From positions 716,603 to 780,602 of the forward strand of contig NW_015164195.1 in NCBI RefSeq assembly GCF_001447785.1: a stretch of DNA of 64,000 nt. Direction: 5' to 3'. The stretch is from Gekko japonicus (taxonomy: Eukaryota). The position numbers were made by a program, and so were the translations under genes. Positions within the stretch are counted from its first letter, which is position 1, and each line of letters begins with the position of its first letter. The notes below the pieces were generated by a model. The model ran no database searches. It saw only the letters and a list, made by a program, of their open reading frames with translations, and had not been told where the DNA came from. Below, piece by piece: positions 12,556 through 25,187 of this stretch.

Positions 12556-14079
12556 TTATACTATCAAATTTACTCTCTTTTGTTGTGGGGGATATTTTTT
12601 TCTTCTTTGAGGACATTTGTCTGTCCATTCCCTCTTCCATTTTCCTTTCTCCTTCCACTGTTTCTTTTTATTTCCCTTTGAAGACTTTCCAATGTAAGGA
12701 GGAGTCAAAATTCAGCTTTGAATTTATTCATCCCATGGTTGGGAAAGCCACCTGTTGGCTTCTGGTTTGCTTGCTAATCTAGTGACTCAGTCATGAATTT
12801 GCTCTTTATTTTCTTGCATTTTCCAATGTACAATACGATACCTAGGAGTTTCCTTTGGGCTGGATCTGCCACAGCTCTTGGGAATACACCCTTCCCTAGG
12901 CAGCCTCTTATGTTTCTCTCCTAATGTGTTTTCTTTAAATAGGCTGGATGAGATTGTGCCTGGATAGCAGCATAGCAGTCTACCCTAAAATATTCTGTCC
13001 TAAAACATCTTGTTGTTTCCCTACGATTTTCCTGGAAAACACTGTAAATAAGGATTTATACATTTTACCAACCTGAGAAGTTTTGACAAGTCCCAACAAA
13101 AACAATCTCAAAGGTTTTTGGCAGCAAAATAAGATCAGAAAGCCCTTTGATTGCAATCGATGCCTTGGCAGGGGCCAAAGAAAGACAGAACAAAAATGCT
13201 TTGAACAAGCCCGGTGTGCAGGGTGTGTCCCTAGTTTAGAGGGTGTGCAGAGTGACTCATAGCATTATCATGTAGTACTGAGTGCACAACATGCTGGATG
13301 TGTGAGAGTGAGCGCCTGAGCTGCGGCTTCTTCAGATCCTTCTGGAATTTCTTCCAGGTTTCCACTATTGAAACCTCTCTGTTTCCCTATTCTTTCATCC
13401 CTAAAGAGCTGTCAATAATTTATATCCCACCTACCTGTAGAGCTCAGGACAGCCTATGTAAACAATTGAAATAATTTTCACAGAAAATCACCACTTCTAT
13501 ACCCCACAACTAATGATCTAATTTACTTTAAAATATTCCTCAGTTGTCGGATATTTCCTCCCTCAGTGAGACATCTCATTCCCTCAGCAGAAGATACTTT
13601 CAAATAAGACAGGCTAGCATGCCTTTTTCAAGGCTAATTGAGCTGGAGCCTGGACTAATTATGAAAGCCCATTCCATAGTAGCAACTGAAAAGATTCTCA
13701 CCCTAACTGTGGCACCACCTTCTGTGGGGGCAGAGTAAAGGGGAGGCAAATGAAGTTCGCTTACCAGTACCAATATAGAAAGGGTTTTTTTTTCAGATAT
13801 TTGACTCTCAGCTTAGCCATTAATGGCTTTATAGGTAAGGACCTGCAGCTCAAATTGAGCATGGGAAAATATAAAGGGCCAATCAAGCTCATATTGGAGT
13901 TATTTATGCATAGCTGCTGATCACAGTCAACAACATTTTTGTAACAACTGAAGCTGCTAATTTGTCTTCAAGGGCAGTCCCACAGAGTTTGTTCAGCTAC
14001 AGGTTATAGAAGCATAGATCTGTCTATGTGGGTCAGCTGACTCTAGAAGGAAGGACAACTTATGAGTAAGATGGATGAA

Positions 14080-14400
14080 TGAATGTGCTCCCAGCCTTCT
14101 TTATGAGCACACCTGTGTTCAGGAAAAAACTCAGACATTCTACTTGATCAATTATAGGTAGTTTAAAGTTAGGGAAAACAGTCCATCCCATCCAAGACAT
14201 CCACATTCTGGATAAATATAACCCAGATTCAGTTACAGTCTGCTTAGCCCCTGTTCCCTGAACCCAGCATTCAGCCACTAACCTGGGGCTGAGACACGGG
14301 GGCTTTCTATTTACCACGAGGCATTTGCGTCCATTCCTGGTTGACAAGTATGTGGTCTTGAAAGTGTTCTTGTATCTTTTTTGTAGTTGTGACAATTAAA
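14080..14400 (-). mobile_element. Old L2 RT fragment
   Basis: Reverse complement resembles the L2 W...NRLKLNP.KT region but is heavily degenerate. Confidence 0.4.
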
Positions 14401-14529
14401 GGGATGACTAACACAATGTTCTGTAGAGTAGTAGATCTGTTGTTATTAGTAATACATCAACACATCTGAATGTATCAATCAACCAATCATTTGGTACAGC
14501 CACAGACAAGCAGTGAATTTATTGAAACA

Positions 14530-14610
14530 TGTATCTGATGAAGTGGGCTGTCATACTACAATATATTAGTTAGGCTTTAAAGTGCTACAAGACTCCTTTT
14601 TGTTTTTGTT
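14530..14610 (+). mobile_element. Penelope-like terminal remnant
   Basis: gtatctgatgaagtgggctg...taaagtgctacaagactc, related to 54846-55058 and 60288-60414. Confidence 0.55.
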
Positions 14611-15363
14611 TATGGAAGGGGATTTTTTTATCAATGGGAATAGCTTTTGTTACTTAAGGACTATGATCTAGTTGCTTATCTGAAACCATCCCTCCCTACG
14701 GTGATGCAGTTTTGCTGCGGTTATCAAATTGTGAAGGTGTATACATGTTCTGCTGTATTTTAGAAAATAATTAGGACCATGTTGATCTGGTCACTTCTTG
14801 TCTGTTCCAAGCTCAGATTGTTCAGTGTTGAAGAGAAGCTGGTATGATCAGCTTGCAAGGGTAATGTGCTGTGGATTGCTCTGGACAATTCTGATGGTGA
14901 CAGATTCAGAAGTATTTGGCTCTGATGGTTCAAATGACAACACAAAGGAAGTAGAATCACTCAACTAGCTCTGCTTAGTTCTTCATTGTTTGATAGATTA
15001 AGAGGACTGAGGCAAAATAATGATGAGCCCACATTTCTCTCAGTCATAGCACACCATCTTTTATCACAACACACAGCAGCATCATGAAGGGGTGGGCTGT
15101 AACACTTGTCCTGGCTACCACACGTAGCTGCCCAAGCCTTTTTCTGTATCTTTTGTTGCATCACAAGCATTTGAAAAGCCAATTAATAAGGAAAAAACAG
15201 AAATCTCCAAATTTTTAACAAAGCAAGAGGAGGAAAGTATTAAGAAAATTATAGAATGTGAACTGGCAACAAATCCAGTTAAACATCTGGGCATAAATCT
15301 GACCGGGCAAAGCGACACATTATTTAAAGACAATTACAATGCAGTCTGGAGGAAAATACAAAT

Positions 15364-15820
15364 GGCCCCAACCTGGTGGAATGAGCTCTCACTAGAGATC
15401 AGGGCCTTGCGGGACTTTTTACAGTTCTGCAGGTCCTGTAAGATGGAGCGCTTCCGCCAGGCTTTTGGGTGAGGGAGCTGACGTTAAATATCATCTGGCC
15501 CCTCCTGCTACCATTCTGTTACTCTCTGTTACTATCAGTCATGGTCTTCAGTTTTCGAGGACACAGAATTATAACCACCTTGGTTTAGTCAAGGTAGGGT
15601 AATTACAATCTAGAATCCCTTATGGGATTTAGCCCTTTCTGCTTCTAATTGTTTAATACCAGGGCACCATTGTAATACTTGTGATGTAGTTTGATCGCCA
15701 TCATATTAAGGGTTTTAGTTTTTGATTTTATTGTCTTATATTCATGTTTGTAACCCGCCCGGAGCCCATCTGTGGGAAGGGCAGGATAGAATTGAACCAA
15801 ATGAATACATAAATAAATAA
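15364..15820 (+). mobile_element. L2-type 3' end inserted in the L1
   Basis: ggccccaacctggtggaatgagctc... through tgtaacccgcccggagccc...aaataaataa; L1 reading resumes afterwards. Confidence 0.8.
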
Positions 15821-16317
15821 ATAGATTTGGAAAGATGGTCTAAACTAAAACTGTCTTGAGTGGAAAAAAGTTCTGCAATAAAGATGAAAATATTGCTAAA
15901 AATAAATTCTCTATTTCAGAATATACCAATTAATATACAAGAGAAGACTTTGAACGACTGGGAGAGGAGGTCTAATATGTTCATATGGAATGGTAAAAAA
16001 CCAAGAATCAGATTTAAATTGTTACAAGTTGGGGGGGAAGAGAGGAGGTCTAATGATACCCAATATCAAATTATATTACCAAGCAGCTGGCCTGGTCTGG
16101 ATTGCAGATTGGATTAAAAATCCAAATGAAAGATTAATGAAATTAGAAACTGCAGATTTGACTGAAGGGTTACAGAACCATCTCTTGGTCAAGAAAATAA
16201 CCCAAGTTCAACATAAAAATAATGTCATTAGAGCTAGCCCATTCAAAAACTGGGATTCATTAAGAATGAGGATTAGTCCTCCGGCTTCACCAGTAATGTC
16301 ACCAATAGATGTCTATT

Positions 16318-18692
16318 AACATAAGAACATAAGAGATGCCAATGTTGGATCAGGCCAAAGGCCCATCCAGTCCAACACTCTGTGTCAAACAGTGGCCAGA
16401 AATACCAGGTGCCATCAGGAGATCCACCAGTGGGGCCAGGACATTAGAAGCCCTCCCACTGTTGACCCCCCCCCCAAGCACCAAGAAGACAGAACATCCC
16501 TTGCCCCAGAGCCCCTATCTATACCTTGTGGCTAATAGCCACTGATGGACCTCTGCTCCATTTGCTTATCTAATTCCCTTTTGAAGCCATCCATGCTTGT
16601 AGCCGCCACCACTTCCTGTGGCAGTGAATTCCATGTGTTAATCACTCTTTGCGTGAGAAAGGGAGAAAAGTACCTCTTTCTCGGCCTGCTCTTTCCCATG
16701 CATAATCGTATAAACCTCAATCATGTCACCCCTCAGTCGTCATTTCTCCAAGCTAAAGAGCCCTAAGAGCTTTAACCTTTCCTCATAGGGAAAGTGTTCC
16801 AACCCTTTTATCATTCAAGTTGCCCTTTTCTGCACTTTTTCCAAAGCTATAATATCCTTTTTAAGGTGTGGTGACCAGAACTGCACACAGTATTCCAAAT
16901 GAGGTTGCACCATTGATTTATATGGGGCATTATGAAATTGGCTGATCTGTTTTCAATACCCTTCCTAATAATCCCCAGCATAGCATTGGCCTTTTTTTTA
17001 TTGCAGTCACACACTGTTTCCTAATAATCCCCAGCATAGCATTGGCCTTCTTTATTGCAGTCACACACTGTCTCGACATTTTCAGTGAGTTATCTACTAC
17101 AACTCCAAGATCTCTCTCTTGATCTGTCTCTGCCAGTTCAGACCCCATCAACGTGTATTTATAGTTAGGATTTTTGGCTCCAATGTGCATCACCTTGCAC
17201 TTGGCCACATTGAACCCCATTTGCCATGTTGACGCCCACTCGCCCAACTTTGACAGATCCCTTTGGAGTGCCTCACAATCCTCACTGGTTTTCACCACCC
17301 TGAACAACTTCGTATCATCCGCAAATTTAGCCACTTCACTGCTTACTCCCAACTCCAAATCATTAATGAACAAGTTAAAAAGCAGTGGACCAAGTACTGA
17401 TCCCTGTGGTACCCCACTGCTTACACCCCTCCACTGGGAGAACTGCCCATTTATACTCACTCTCTGTTTTCTATTAATTAGCCAGTTTTTGATCCATAAA
17501 AGGACTTGTCCTTTTATCCCATGATTTTTGAGCTTGCTTAGGAGCCTTTGATGAGGAACTTTATCAAAAGCTTTCTGGAAGTCAAGGTAAACAATATCTA
17601 TTGGATCCCCCTTGTCCACATGTTTGTTCACCCCCTCAAAGAACATTAACAGGTTAGTGAGACAAGATCTTCCCTTACAGAACCCATGTTGAGTCTGCCT
17701 CAATAGGTTTTGTTCATCTATGTGCCTACTAATTCTTTCCTTAATAATGGTTTCCACCAATTTACCCGGTATCGACGTCAGACTGACAGGCCTGTAATTT
17801 CCCGGATCTCCTCTGGAACCCTTTTTAAAGATGGGAGTGACATTAGCTACCTTCCAGTCCTCAGGAATGGAGGCTGATTTTAAGGAGAGATTACATATTT
17901 TTGTCAGGAGATCCACAAGTTCACAATTGAGTTCTTTCAGAACTCTTGGATGTATGCCATCTGGGCCTGGTGATTTATCAGTTTTTAAGTTGTTTATCAG
18001 TTTTAGGACCTCCTCTCTCGTCACCTCAATCTGACTCAGGTCTTTCAACACCCCGCCCGAACTCAGCGGTTCTGGAGTGGGCAAGCACCTCTCATCTTCC
18101 ACAGTGAAGACGGAGGCAAAAAATGCATTTAGCTTCTCAGCCATTTCCCTATCATCCTTCACTACTCCTTTTACCCCTTGGTCATCCAAGGGCCCCACTG
18201 CCTCCCTGGCTGGTTTCCTGCTTCTAATGTATTTGAAGAAAGTTTTATTGTTGGTCTTTACATTTTTTGCTATATGCTCCTCATATTCCCTTTTTGCATG
18301 CCTGACCACAGACTTGCATTTTATTTGCCATAGCCTGTGTTCCGTTTTATCAGCCTCACTGTGACTAGCTTTCCACCGCTTAAAGGAATCCTTTTTACCT
18401 TTTACAGCTTCCATTACTTTGTTTGTTAACCATGTAGGCTTTTTCTTATACCTGTTTGTGCCTTTCCTAACCTGCGGAATATATTTTATTTGAGCTTCTA
18501 GAATTGTAGTTTTAAACAGTTTCCAAGCTTCCCCAATGGTTTTGACCCTTTCTACTTTTCCCTTCAGTTTCCTCCCCACATGTCCCCTCATATCAGAAAA
18601 ATTACCCCTTTTAAAGTTAAAAGTGGTTGTGTGAGTCTTTTTGGCCAATTCCCTATTTGTATGTGTCAGTCTTTTTGGCCAATTCCCTATTT
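16318..18692 (-). mobile_element. Young CR1 LINE, 5'-truncated, inserted in the L1
   Basis: (ttcttatg)n tail at 16318-16334, plus the ORF2 RT region. Confidence 0.96.
16930..18648 (-). pseudogene. CR1 ORF2 fragment, 572-aa open frame with complete RT core, endonuclease missing
   Basis: KSPGPDGIHPRVLKEL, PIFKKG..DPGNYRPVSLTS, QHGF.KGRSCLTNL, YLDFQKAFDKVPH, GVPQGSVLGPLLF, FADDTKL. Confidence 0.95.
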
Positions 18693-18884
18693 ATACAAAT
18701 GTTGAACTCAACATTTATTATGATAAACATGTGAGGAAATCCAATGACTTTATAACTTACCAAGACATGATAAACTCACAAGGAGAAATTAAATCATGGC
18801 AAACAAAGAAGAAGGGAAGAAGATACAATGACTAGTATATTTCCAACTAACTTCAAGACTTACAGAAGCTACCCACACTTCTGT

Positions 18885-19160
18885 GCCAGTTTGGTGTAGT
18901 GGTTAAGTGCGTGGACTCTAATCTGGGAGAACTGGGTTTGATTCCCCACTCCTCCACTTGCACCTGCTGATGTGACCTTGGGTCAGTCACAAGCTCTGGC
19001 ACAGCTGTCCTTGAAAAAGAGCCGTTTGTGTCAGAGTTCTCTCAGCCCCACCCACCTGACAGGGTGTCTGTTGTGGGGAGGGGAAGGGAAAGGAGTTTGT
19101 AAGCCGCTCTGAGACTCCAAGTGAAGGGCGGGGTATAAATCCAATCTCTTCTCTTCTTCT
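18885..19160 (+). mobile_element. Squam3-like SINE, full length, inside the L1
   Basis: A/B boxes (tggtgtagtgg, ggtttgattccc), CORE-like gtgaccttgggtcagtcac, (ctt) tail. Confidence 0.92.
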
Positions 19161-20547
19161 ATTCTTATAGGGGTCAAATAACTGAATTTGAAAAGATAAT
19201 CACCCAACAGAAGGATCACCTGTTAGGTCAAATTTATAAACTTTTAGTTCAATATGATACAGAAACAGAACAAATTAAAATGTGTATGATGAAATGGATC
19301 CAGAACTTTGGAGAAGAAATATCATTTCAACATTGGAAACATTTATGGACAAATGATACAAAATTTTACTGTGAGTCAAGCATTAAGAGACAATTGGTAT
19401 AAAATGTTTTCCGATGGTATATCACCCCAAAAGGTATTGAAAACATGGACTAGAAGTATATAGGGATGTGCTGGAAGTGTAAACAGGCAGATGGCACTTT
19501 TTATTATATGTTGTGGATATGCAGAAAAACTAGAACATTCTGAAAAGACATACATGCTGAGATTCAGAAAATCTTTAAAATTAGTTTTTCTATGAAACCA
19601 GAGACCATGTTGCTAGGAATTTTACCAGACAATACTGAAATAACATTACAAGAACTTTTTAGATACATGTTAACTACAGCCAGAGTAGTAATAGCAACTA
19701 AATGGGAAGTGGAAGAATGCCCAGCTTGTGAAAACTGGAAAAACAAAATGGCAGAATATGCTATAATGGCAAAACTAATGAATTACACAAGTGACACAAA
19801 TAATTTCTATTAATTTTGATTTGTATGAAGCTACTGAAATGTTGTTTTATGGACTCTGACAAAGTTTTTGTTTGAGTTATATATACCGGCTAATTGGCTA
19901 ACTATAATTAGTATAACCAGTATTCCATGATATATATAATCGGTTTTTGATGTATCTCTAGCTTATTATTATACTTCTTTGAAATATCATTGAAATATAT
20001 TGTTTTATTATAGTTCAATTATAGCAACTATAGTACATTGTATATGTTAATATTTTTAAAAATGGTAGGTTAAAATTAAACATCTAATATTTGATATTTA
20101 AAGTTTGAAGATTAAATAATTTTTTATTTTAACTAGTTAATATAGTCCATTAAATATTTGTTGATATAGTCACAATTATCAATTTTATTAAAAGCATATT
20201 TTTTAAAAAAGAAACACCAGATTTTTGTATCATGCAATGTCATGCAAACCTATTACAACCATATAAAAGGAGTTTATAGAATGTATAAGGGCATCAGTGC
20301 AGAAGGCAGGAACATGATGGAACACCTGTATAAATATCAGGAGCTGCTATTCAGTTGTGCTCGCTGAAGTGAAAAGTACTTAGTGTAATACGGTATCCAG
20401 ATAATCTTTGTGGGTTTGTATCCTTGATGAAAAATAAACCTTATGTAGATAAGTATTGGAAAAATTAGACTGAAGGGCAAAATATAAACATGATCAGGAG
20501 TCACAAAAAATACAGATTTATTTATTTAGATATTTGCATCCCACAGA

Positions 20548-20790
20548 CTTATTTATTTATTTTATTTATTTACTTCCAATTTATACCCCGCCTTGCTGGT
20601 ACAAACTGGCTCAAGGCGGCTACAACATTGTCCTCCTCTCCACCAGTCTGTCTTCTAACAAGAGCCCTGTAAACTAGATTAAGCTGAGAAAGAGTGACTG
20701 GTCAGGGTCACCTAGCAAGCTTCTAAGGCAGAGTGGAAATTTGAAGCTGGGTCTCCCAGATCATAGTCCAGTATTACTACACTACACCAG
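20548..20790 (-). mobile_element. Older Squam3/CORE-type SINE with (aaat)n tail
   Basis: Reverse complement head ggtgtagtggtag...ctatgatctgggagaccc; (ttta)n at the left end. Confidence 0.7.
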
Positions 20791-22799
20791 CACATCATTT
20801 TCTCTTGTTCTGCATACCTCTCCAATGTCATTGCTGTTCCTTCCTTTTGTCACTTATCCTAGGGTCCACTATGCCATCCATGTCTCCCGACCATCCAGTC
20901 ATCCCCATCCAGTTCCTATGGATTCACAGGAGTCACACTGCTACGTTAGCATTGTTGAAAGCTCAACCTCCTCCTGCAGCTCCCTTCATTCTCTTCTTGG
21001 CAGAAAGAAAGACAGTAGAAAGGGAAGTTGTATTCATCCATCCATCCTAGCTGAGACCTGAAGGCGAGGAACAAGAGGAATTCAATCAATTACATAACAT
21101 ATCAAACTACTGCCCCAAAACGGAAGCATGTAAAAAAAAAAACCCTACACAATAACATCATACCATCTCAACTTCCAAACTCATAATCAAACCCATCAAA
21201 CTTTTCATAGGCTTCCAACACCCTATAAAACAGCATCTCCCAGATGATGTCCAAAGGGGAACTTCCCTCACACTTTCTGGAAGGTTCTCTCATAACATGG
21301 AGACTCCAATACAGAAAGTCCAAGAAGAGACTGTATACTGTGTGCAGCCTCCTGCAGCAGGGGAGAGCAAGAAGAAGCCGCTGCTGCTGCGGCAAATGTG
21401 TCTCTTATTTTGCTCAGGAGACATATACAGTCCTTGAAACACAATTTCTAATGCCAGCCCTCCAATATTTTGAGAGATGCACCTAGCATCTAAACTGAGC
21501 CCATTCCTTGCTTTCTTGATTTGTATATTAATATAGATTTTTTGGACAGGGCTTTGTCTTTCTTATGCCCTTTATCCAATGCCTTGTGTTGTAAAAGGCA
21601 CTTATGACTGTTTCACTGTTCTCTCTTTCTAAATTAATCCGAATATGTAGTTTTCCCTGTTCTGGATGTTTAGAATTATAAAAGAATGGAATCTGGATGA
21701 AGAAAAAGAGCATCTAATCTATCAGCTGCTGCATGATGGGACTCTCTGCTCACTGGCCCTCTCCTTCAATCAATCCACACAACTGGAACCATTGTGTGTC
21801 ACCATTCCTTGCATTGCAGCAGTGTTAAGACAACAACAACTCAAGCAAGTCATGTAAGGTATGTGTAGCTGCAAAGGGTAGGAAAACTCCGGGGTTACTG
21901 CCCAACCTGACCTGAGGGATAATTTTATTGACAATCGATAGGAGGAAGCGAATGCTGCTAGATCAAACTAGACTTCCTTGCAAGAGTTCGTTTCCTGTAT
22001 AAATTAGTTAAGATGTGCAAGGTAAATATAGGAAGAGCTCTTATGCTAGGTCACAGGAGCAACAGCTGCAAGAGCTTACTTCTTTTAGAATATATTTAGG
22101 ATTTTGCTCTGAGTTTACAGACATGTATAATGAAGGTCAAGGCAATAGGTTAAAGTTACCTCTTTTGCAATGCATTTTGCATGGTTTCATTAGGACATAA
22201 TACAATTTAACAGTACTGTATTAATGTCTCCTTCATGGCCCACTTGTGGTTCTTGATCTGATTTTGTGTTATGAACACTTCTTTTAGGATATACAAGCAC
22301 ATATCTGCTAAAACTATTTAGTGAAAAACCAAAGAATGTTGAACTCAGCTTACACTGGCCTCCATATTGAACTATCTTAGAAAATCTAACTGAGACACAA
22401 GATTCCTTCAAGGCCAGCCTTTCTGTCTGCTAACATCATGCCTGCCATTACTTTGTGGATTAACAAATAAAACAACTGATTCCTATTAGTGACCTATTTA
22501 AAACAGAGAAGAGAGAGGAGCAGTGAATTGCAGGTTTGGAGGTACTAAACAATTGCAGTGAGAGAAGCCAAGCAAGAGGGCCAAAAGGACCCACAGCGAT
22601 GCAAAGCTGAAGGAGGTGATTCTTTCTTCTGCTGTTACTTTGTATCCTTCCCACATCATCCATCCATCCATCCGTCCATCCTGACTGCTTTATCCCTTGC
22701 TGCATGTATGTTGACTTTTTCAAGTGCAGTACCATTCAGAGCAGCACTAGCACTGTTACCAACTCTGCAGCACCTGGGAGAGTGTATTGTGCTTTCTTT

Positions 22800-23058
22800 G
22801 GTATCTGCAACCAGAGTACAGCTGTGGGTGTGTGCAGGCACAGACAGAAGGCTGTATATCCAGTCTAGCAGAGGGCGTGCCTTCTCACACACTGGAGAGC
22901 AGAGTGTGGGGAAAGAGACGCTGTCAGCAAAGGCACGTATGGCAAGGAGGGCTCCCTGACAATCTACACCAGATCAAGATTTTTTGCCGCTGCTACGCTT
23001 TCCCCCCCAAGTTTCAAAGGAGAGACAGGTGACATCCCACCTCACTGCCACCGCAATC
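22800..23058 (+). promoter_or_regulatory. PKP1: Probable PKP1 proximal promoter / 5' UTR
   Basis: Non-repetitive sequence directly upstream of the start codon (context gcaatcATG). No CpG island; the TSS cannot be placed from sequence alone. Confidence 0.5.
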
Positions 23059-23266
23059 ATGCTTCACTCTCCTTCTCCACTGAAAACAGCGCTGGCTTAT
23101 GAGTGTTTTCAAGACCAGGCCAATTCAACTCTAGCTTTGCCCTCGGATCACAAACTGAAAACTAGGGGTACAGGGAAACAGAGGGTCCAGGAGCAGGTGA
23201 TGATGACAGTGAAACGGCAGAAGCAAAAGTCCTCCCTGTCGTCAAACACAGGCCACTCCAATCAAG
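23059..23266 (+). CDS. PKP1: Plakophilin-1 coding exon 1 (head domain N-terminus)
   Basis: ATG at 23059 gives MLHSPSPLKTALAYECFQDQANSTLALPSDHKLKTRGTGKQRVQEQVMMTVKRQKQKSSLSSNTGHSNQ, closely matching the mammalian PKP1 N-terminus as I recall it (MNHSPLKTALAYECFQDQDNSTLALPSD...RVQEQVMMTVKRQK). Ends CAAG|GTAAAT, 208 nt, phase 1. Confidence 0.97.
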
Positions 23267-24810
23267 GTAAATTGCTATCTTTGCTTTGAATAGCAGGGGA
23301 TGTGCTCTTTGTGACTCAACTTTGGTTGCCCAGTCAAGAGCCTCTGAGCTTGCAGATATGTGGATTTTGTTGGGGTTTTGTGTGTGGGAGCCAGCTTAAC
23401 TGGTGTGTTTCATTTTGTCTGAAGGATTCTGTTGTGCTAATACCAGGGCAGTCTTACAACTTTTGGATAGGATAGTCATCTGATTAGAGAATTTGGTGGT
23501 TCCATTCTTGGAATGTTGGTAGTCTAGTAGAAATATTATTTAAACAGCCACTTCATAGAGGGCTGCAGCCCAGTCAAGTCTAGTTAACTTGAAGGATCTG
23601 AATTGTACATACTTATTAGGAATGGTGAGGGTAGAGGTCTGTATGCTGATACCATTTTTTTGAGAAGGGGGGTAGTATTCAAGGCCATTTTAACCTCATG
23701 ATTCTCTTGTAATTTAATTTCATAAAGTTATTTGTGTAAAAAAATTGTATTCCAATCAAAGTTAATCTCCGGTAAACCCTTTTGTCTTCAAAGAGAGAAT
23801 TAAATATCTCCTATTAAAATCAATGGGATTTAAATCCTAAATTATAACAAATCTGAGATTATCTGGATTGAGTTTTAAATCTTTTTACTTACCAAAAGAA
23901 AATGGCTTGCACCAGAGGCAGAAGGTTGCACAGCTGCATTAATTCACCTCTGAGTTGACTGTTTAACAGAAAGTGTTATTACCCATTTGTGGCACCGGTC
24001 TAAGTAGTCTGTAAGGTTCCAGCTAGCAGGGTGTTTTTGCTTTACAGCTTTGCATCAGCTTCTCTATACCTCAGTCTGTAAATTATTCTGAAGGGGGAAA
24101 CAGACCATGCAATGGAGGTACAATTTACTTTTTGTGACTGTCCCTAATCTGTATTCCAGAACTATTGACCAAATCCTAAAGCCTGGCCTCTTCCTGTCCA
24201 AGTCATAGCATCGTTATACGAAGAATGAGATCTTTAAAAACTAATTTGGGAACACTTAACACTGCATCTTGCTATTTGAGCTGTGAAGCATCATGTTTGC
24301 AAGCATTTTTTTAGAGTGACTCAGCTGAGCTAAAATCACTTAAATTTATGTCAGGCTCTTGAAGGTTTTATGCCTTAAACTACTCACAGCAAAACTGCAA
24401 ACATTTTAGTGATTATATGATGAAACAATATCAATTATGACGTTAAGAATGCTAACAAGAAAGAAATAAGGCAAAAGGCAATTAAGAAAATGATCCCCCC
24501 CCCGCGCATATTGGTTACCCCTCAGATGTGTTTCAGGTATAGCACTGAGAGCTGAGTTGGATGAATCATTGCTATGGCATGGATTAAAGCATTTCTTTTG
24601 GAAGTTAAGACCTTAAAATCTGAGGGAGGGTCTACCCTCCTTGGACTTTTACAAGCATACGGCCATCCTATAAAAAGTATGATTGTCCAAAGAACATTAA
24701 GAATGTATAAATTAGATTACCTATTATCTGAGTGTAGGATAGTTTCTCTGTTTCTCAGACCAATGAATATATAAGACCTACATACATAAAATCAAGGGTT
24801 TTCTCAAACT

Positions 24811-24985
24811 GAAGTCTAGTAGTACCTTAGAGATCAACAAGATTTTGAGGATATCAGCTTTTGAGAATCAAAGCTCCCTTCTTTGAATCTTGAAAACATA
24901 TACAAAATCTTGCTGGTCTCTAAGGTGGTATTGGACTTGAGCTCTTCTACCAGCAACCAATATGACTACCTCCTGAAACTATCTG
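24811..24985. mobile_element. Penelope-like inverted (hairpin) remnant
   Basis: Arms agtctagtagtaccttagagatcaacaagatttt / aaaatcttgctggtctctaaggtggtattggactt. Confidence 0.75.
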
Positions 24986-25098
24986 AAACTGAAATCATAC
25001 CCACTTGAAGTCACTTCTCTAAAAAATAAAAAATTAACTTCAGGAATTCTATTCCGCAAATAGGAAAACTGGGTTAAAGACAAAAAAAAGACTAAACC

Positions 25099-25187
25099 CA
25101 GTGCCATCCTAAGCAGAGTTATACCCTTCTAAGACCATTGAAGTCAGAGCACTTAGGCAGTTATAACAATGCTTAGGATGGCACTGT
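25099..25187. repeat. Short palindromic repeat element (MITE-like)
   Basis: cagtgccatcctaagca ... tgcttaggatggcactg is a perfect 17-bp inverted repeat. Related copies near 9845-9921, 26968-27035, 28767-28880 and 63864-63915. Confidence 0.75.

Larger units (their letters stand above)
15170..20210 (+). mobile_element. Old L1-type LINE ORF2 3' half plus AT-rich 3' UTR, with nested L2, CR1 and SINE
   Basis: Collinear pieces: VKHLGINLT...LFKDNY (15280-15340); DLERWSKL...IKMKIL.KI..LFQNIP...FIWNGKKPRI...GGL.IPNIKLYY (15820-16316); and the C-terminal zinc knuckle CWKCKQADGTFYYMLWIC (about 19468-19522). Many stops and frameshifts. Confidence 0.9.

Noticed and set aside
16930-18648. 572-aa ORF as a host gene or novel reverse-transcriptase system
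   Set aside because: Ordinary CR1 ORF2 fragment, lacking the endonuclease, frameshifted at the C-terminus and followed by a CR1 tail.
18885-18960. tRNA gene (also the similar heads at 9961, 39760 and 42573)
   Set aside because: These are tRNA-derived SINE heads continuing into SINE bodies, with no intact cloverleaf.
1-22800. Exons of an upstream neighbour gene (IGFN1 in mammals)
   Set aside because: No Ig/fibronectin-type coding exon was recognisable by eye; the candidate donor at about 1580 has no supporting homology.
22984-23058. N-terminal extension of the ORF-track call 22984-23289
   Set aside because: It starts at a TTG; homology to PKP1 begins at ATG 23059 and ends at the donor at 23266.
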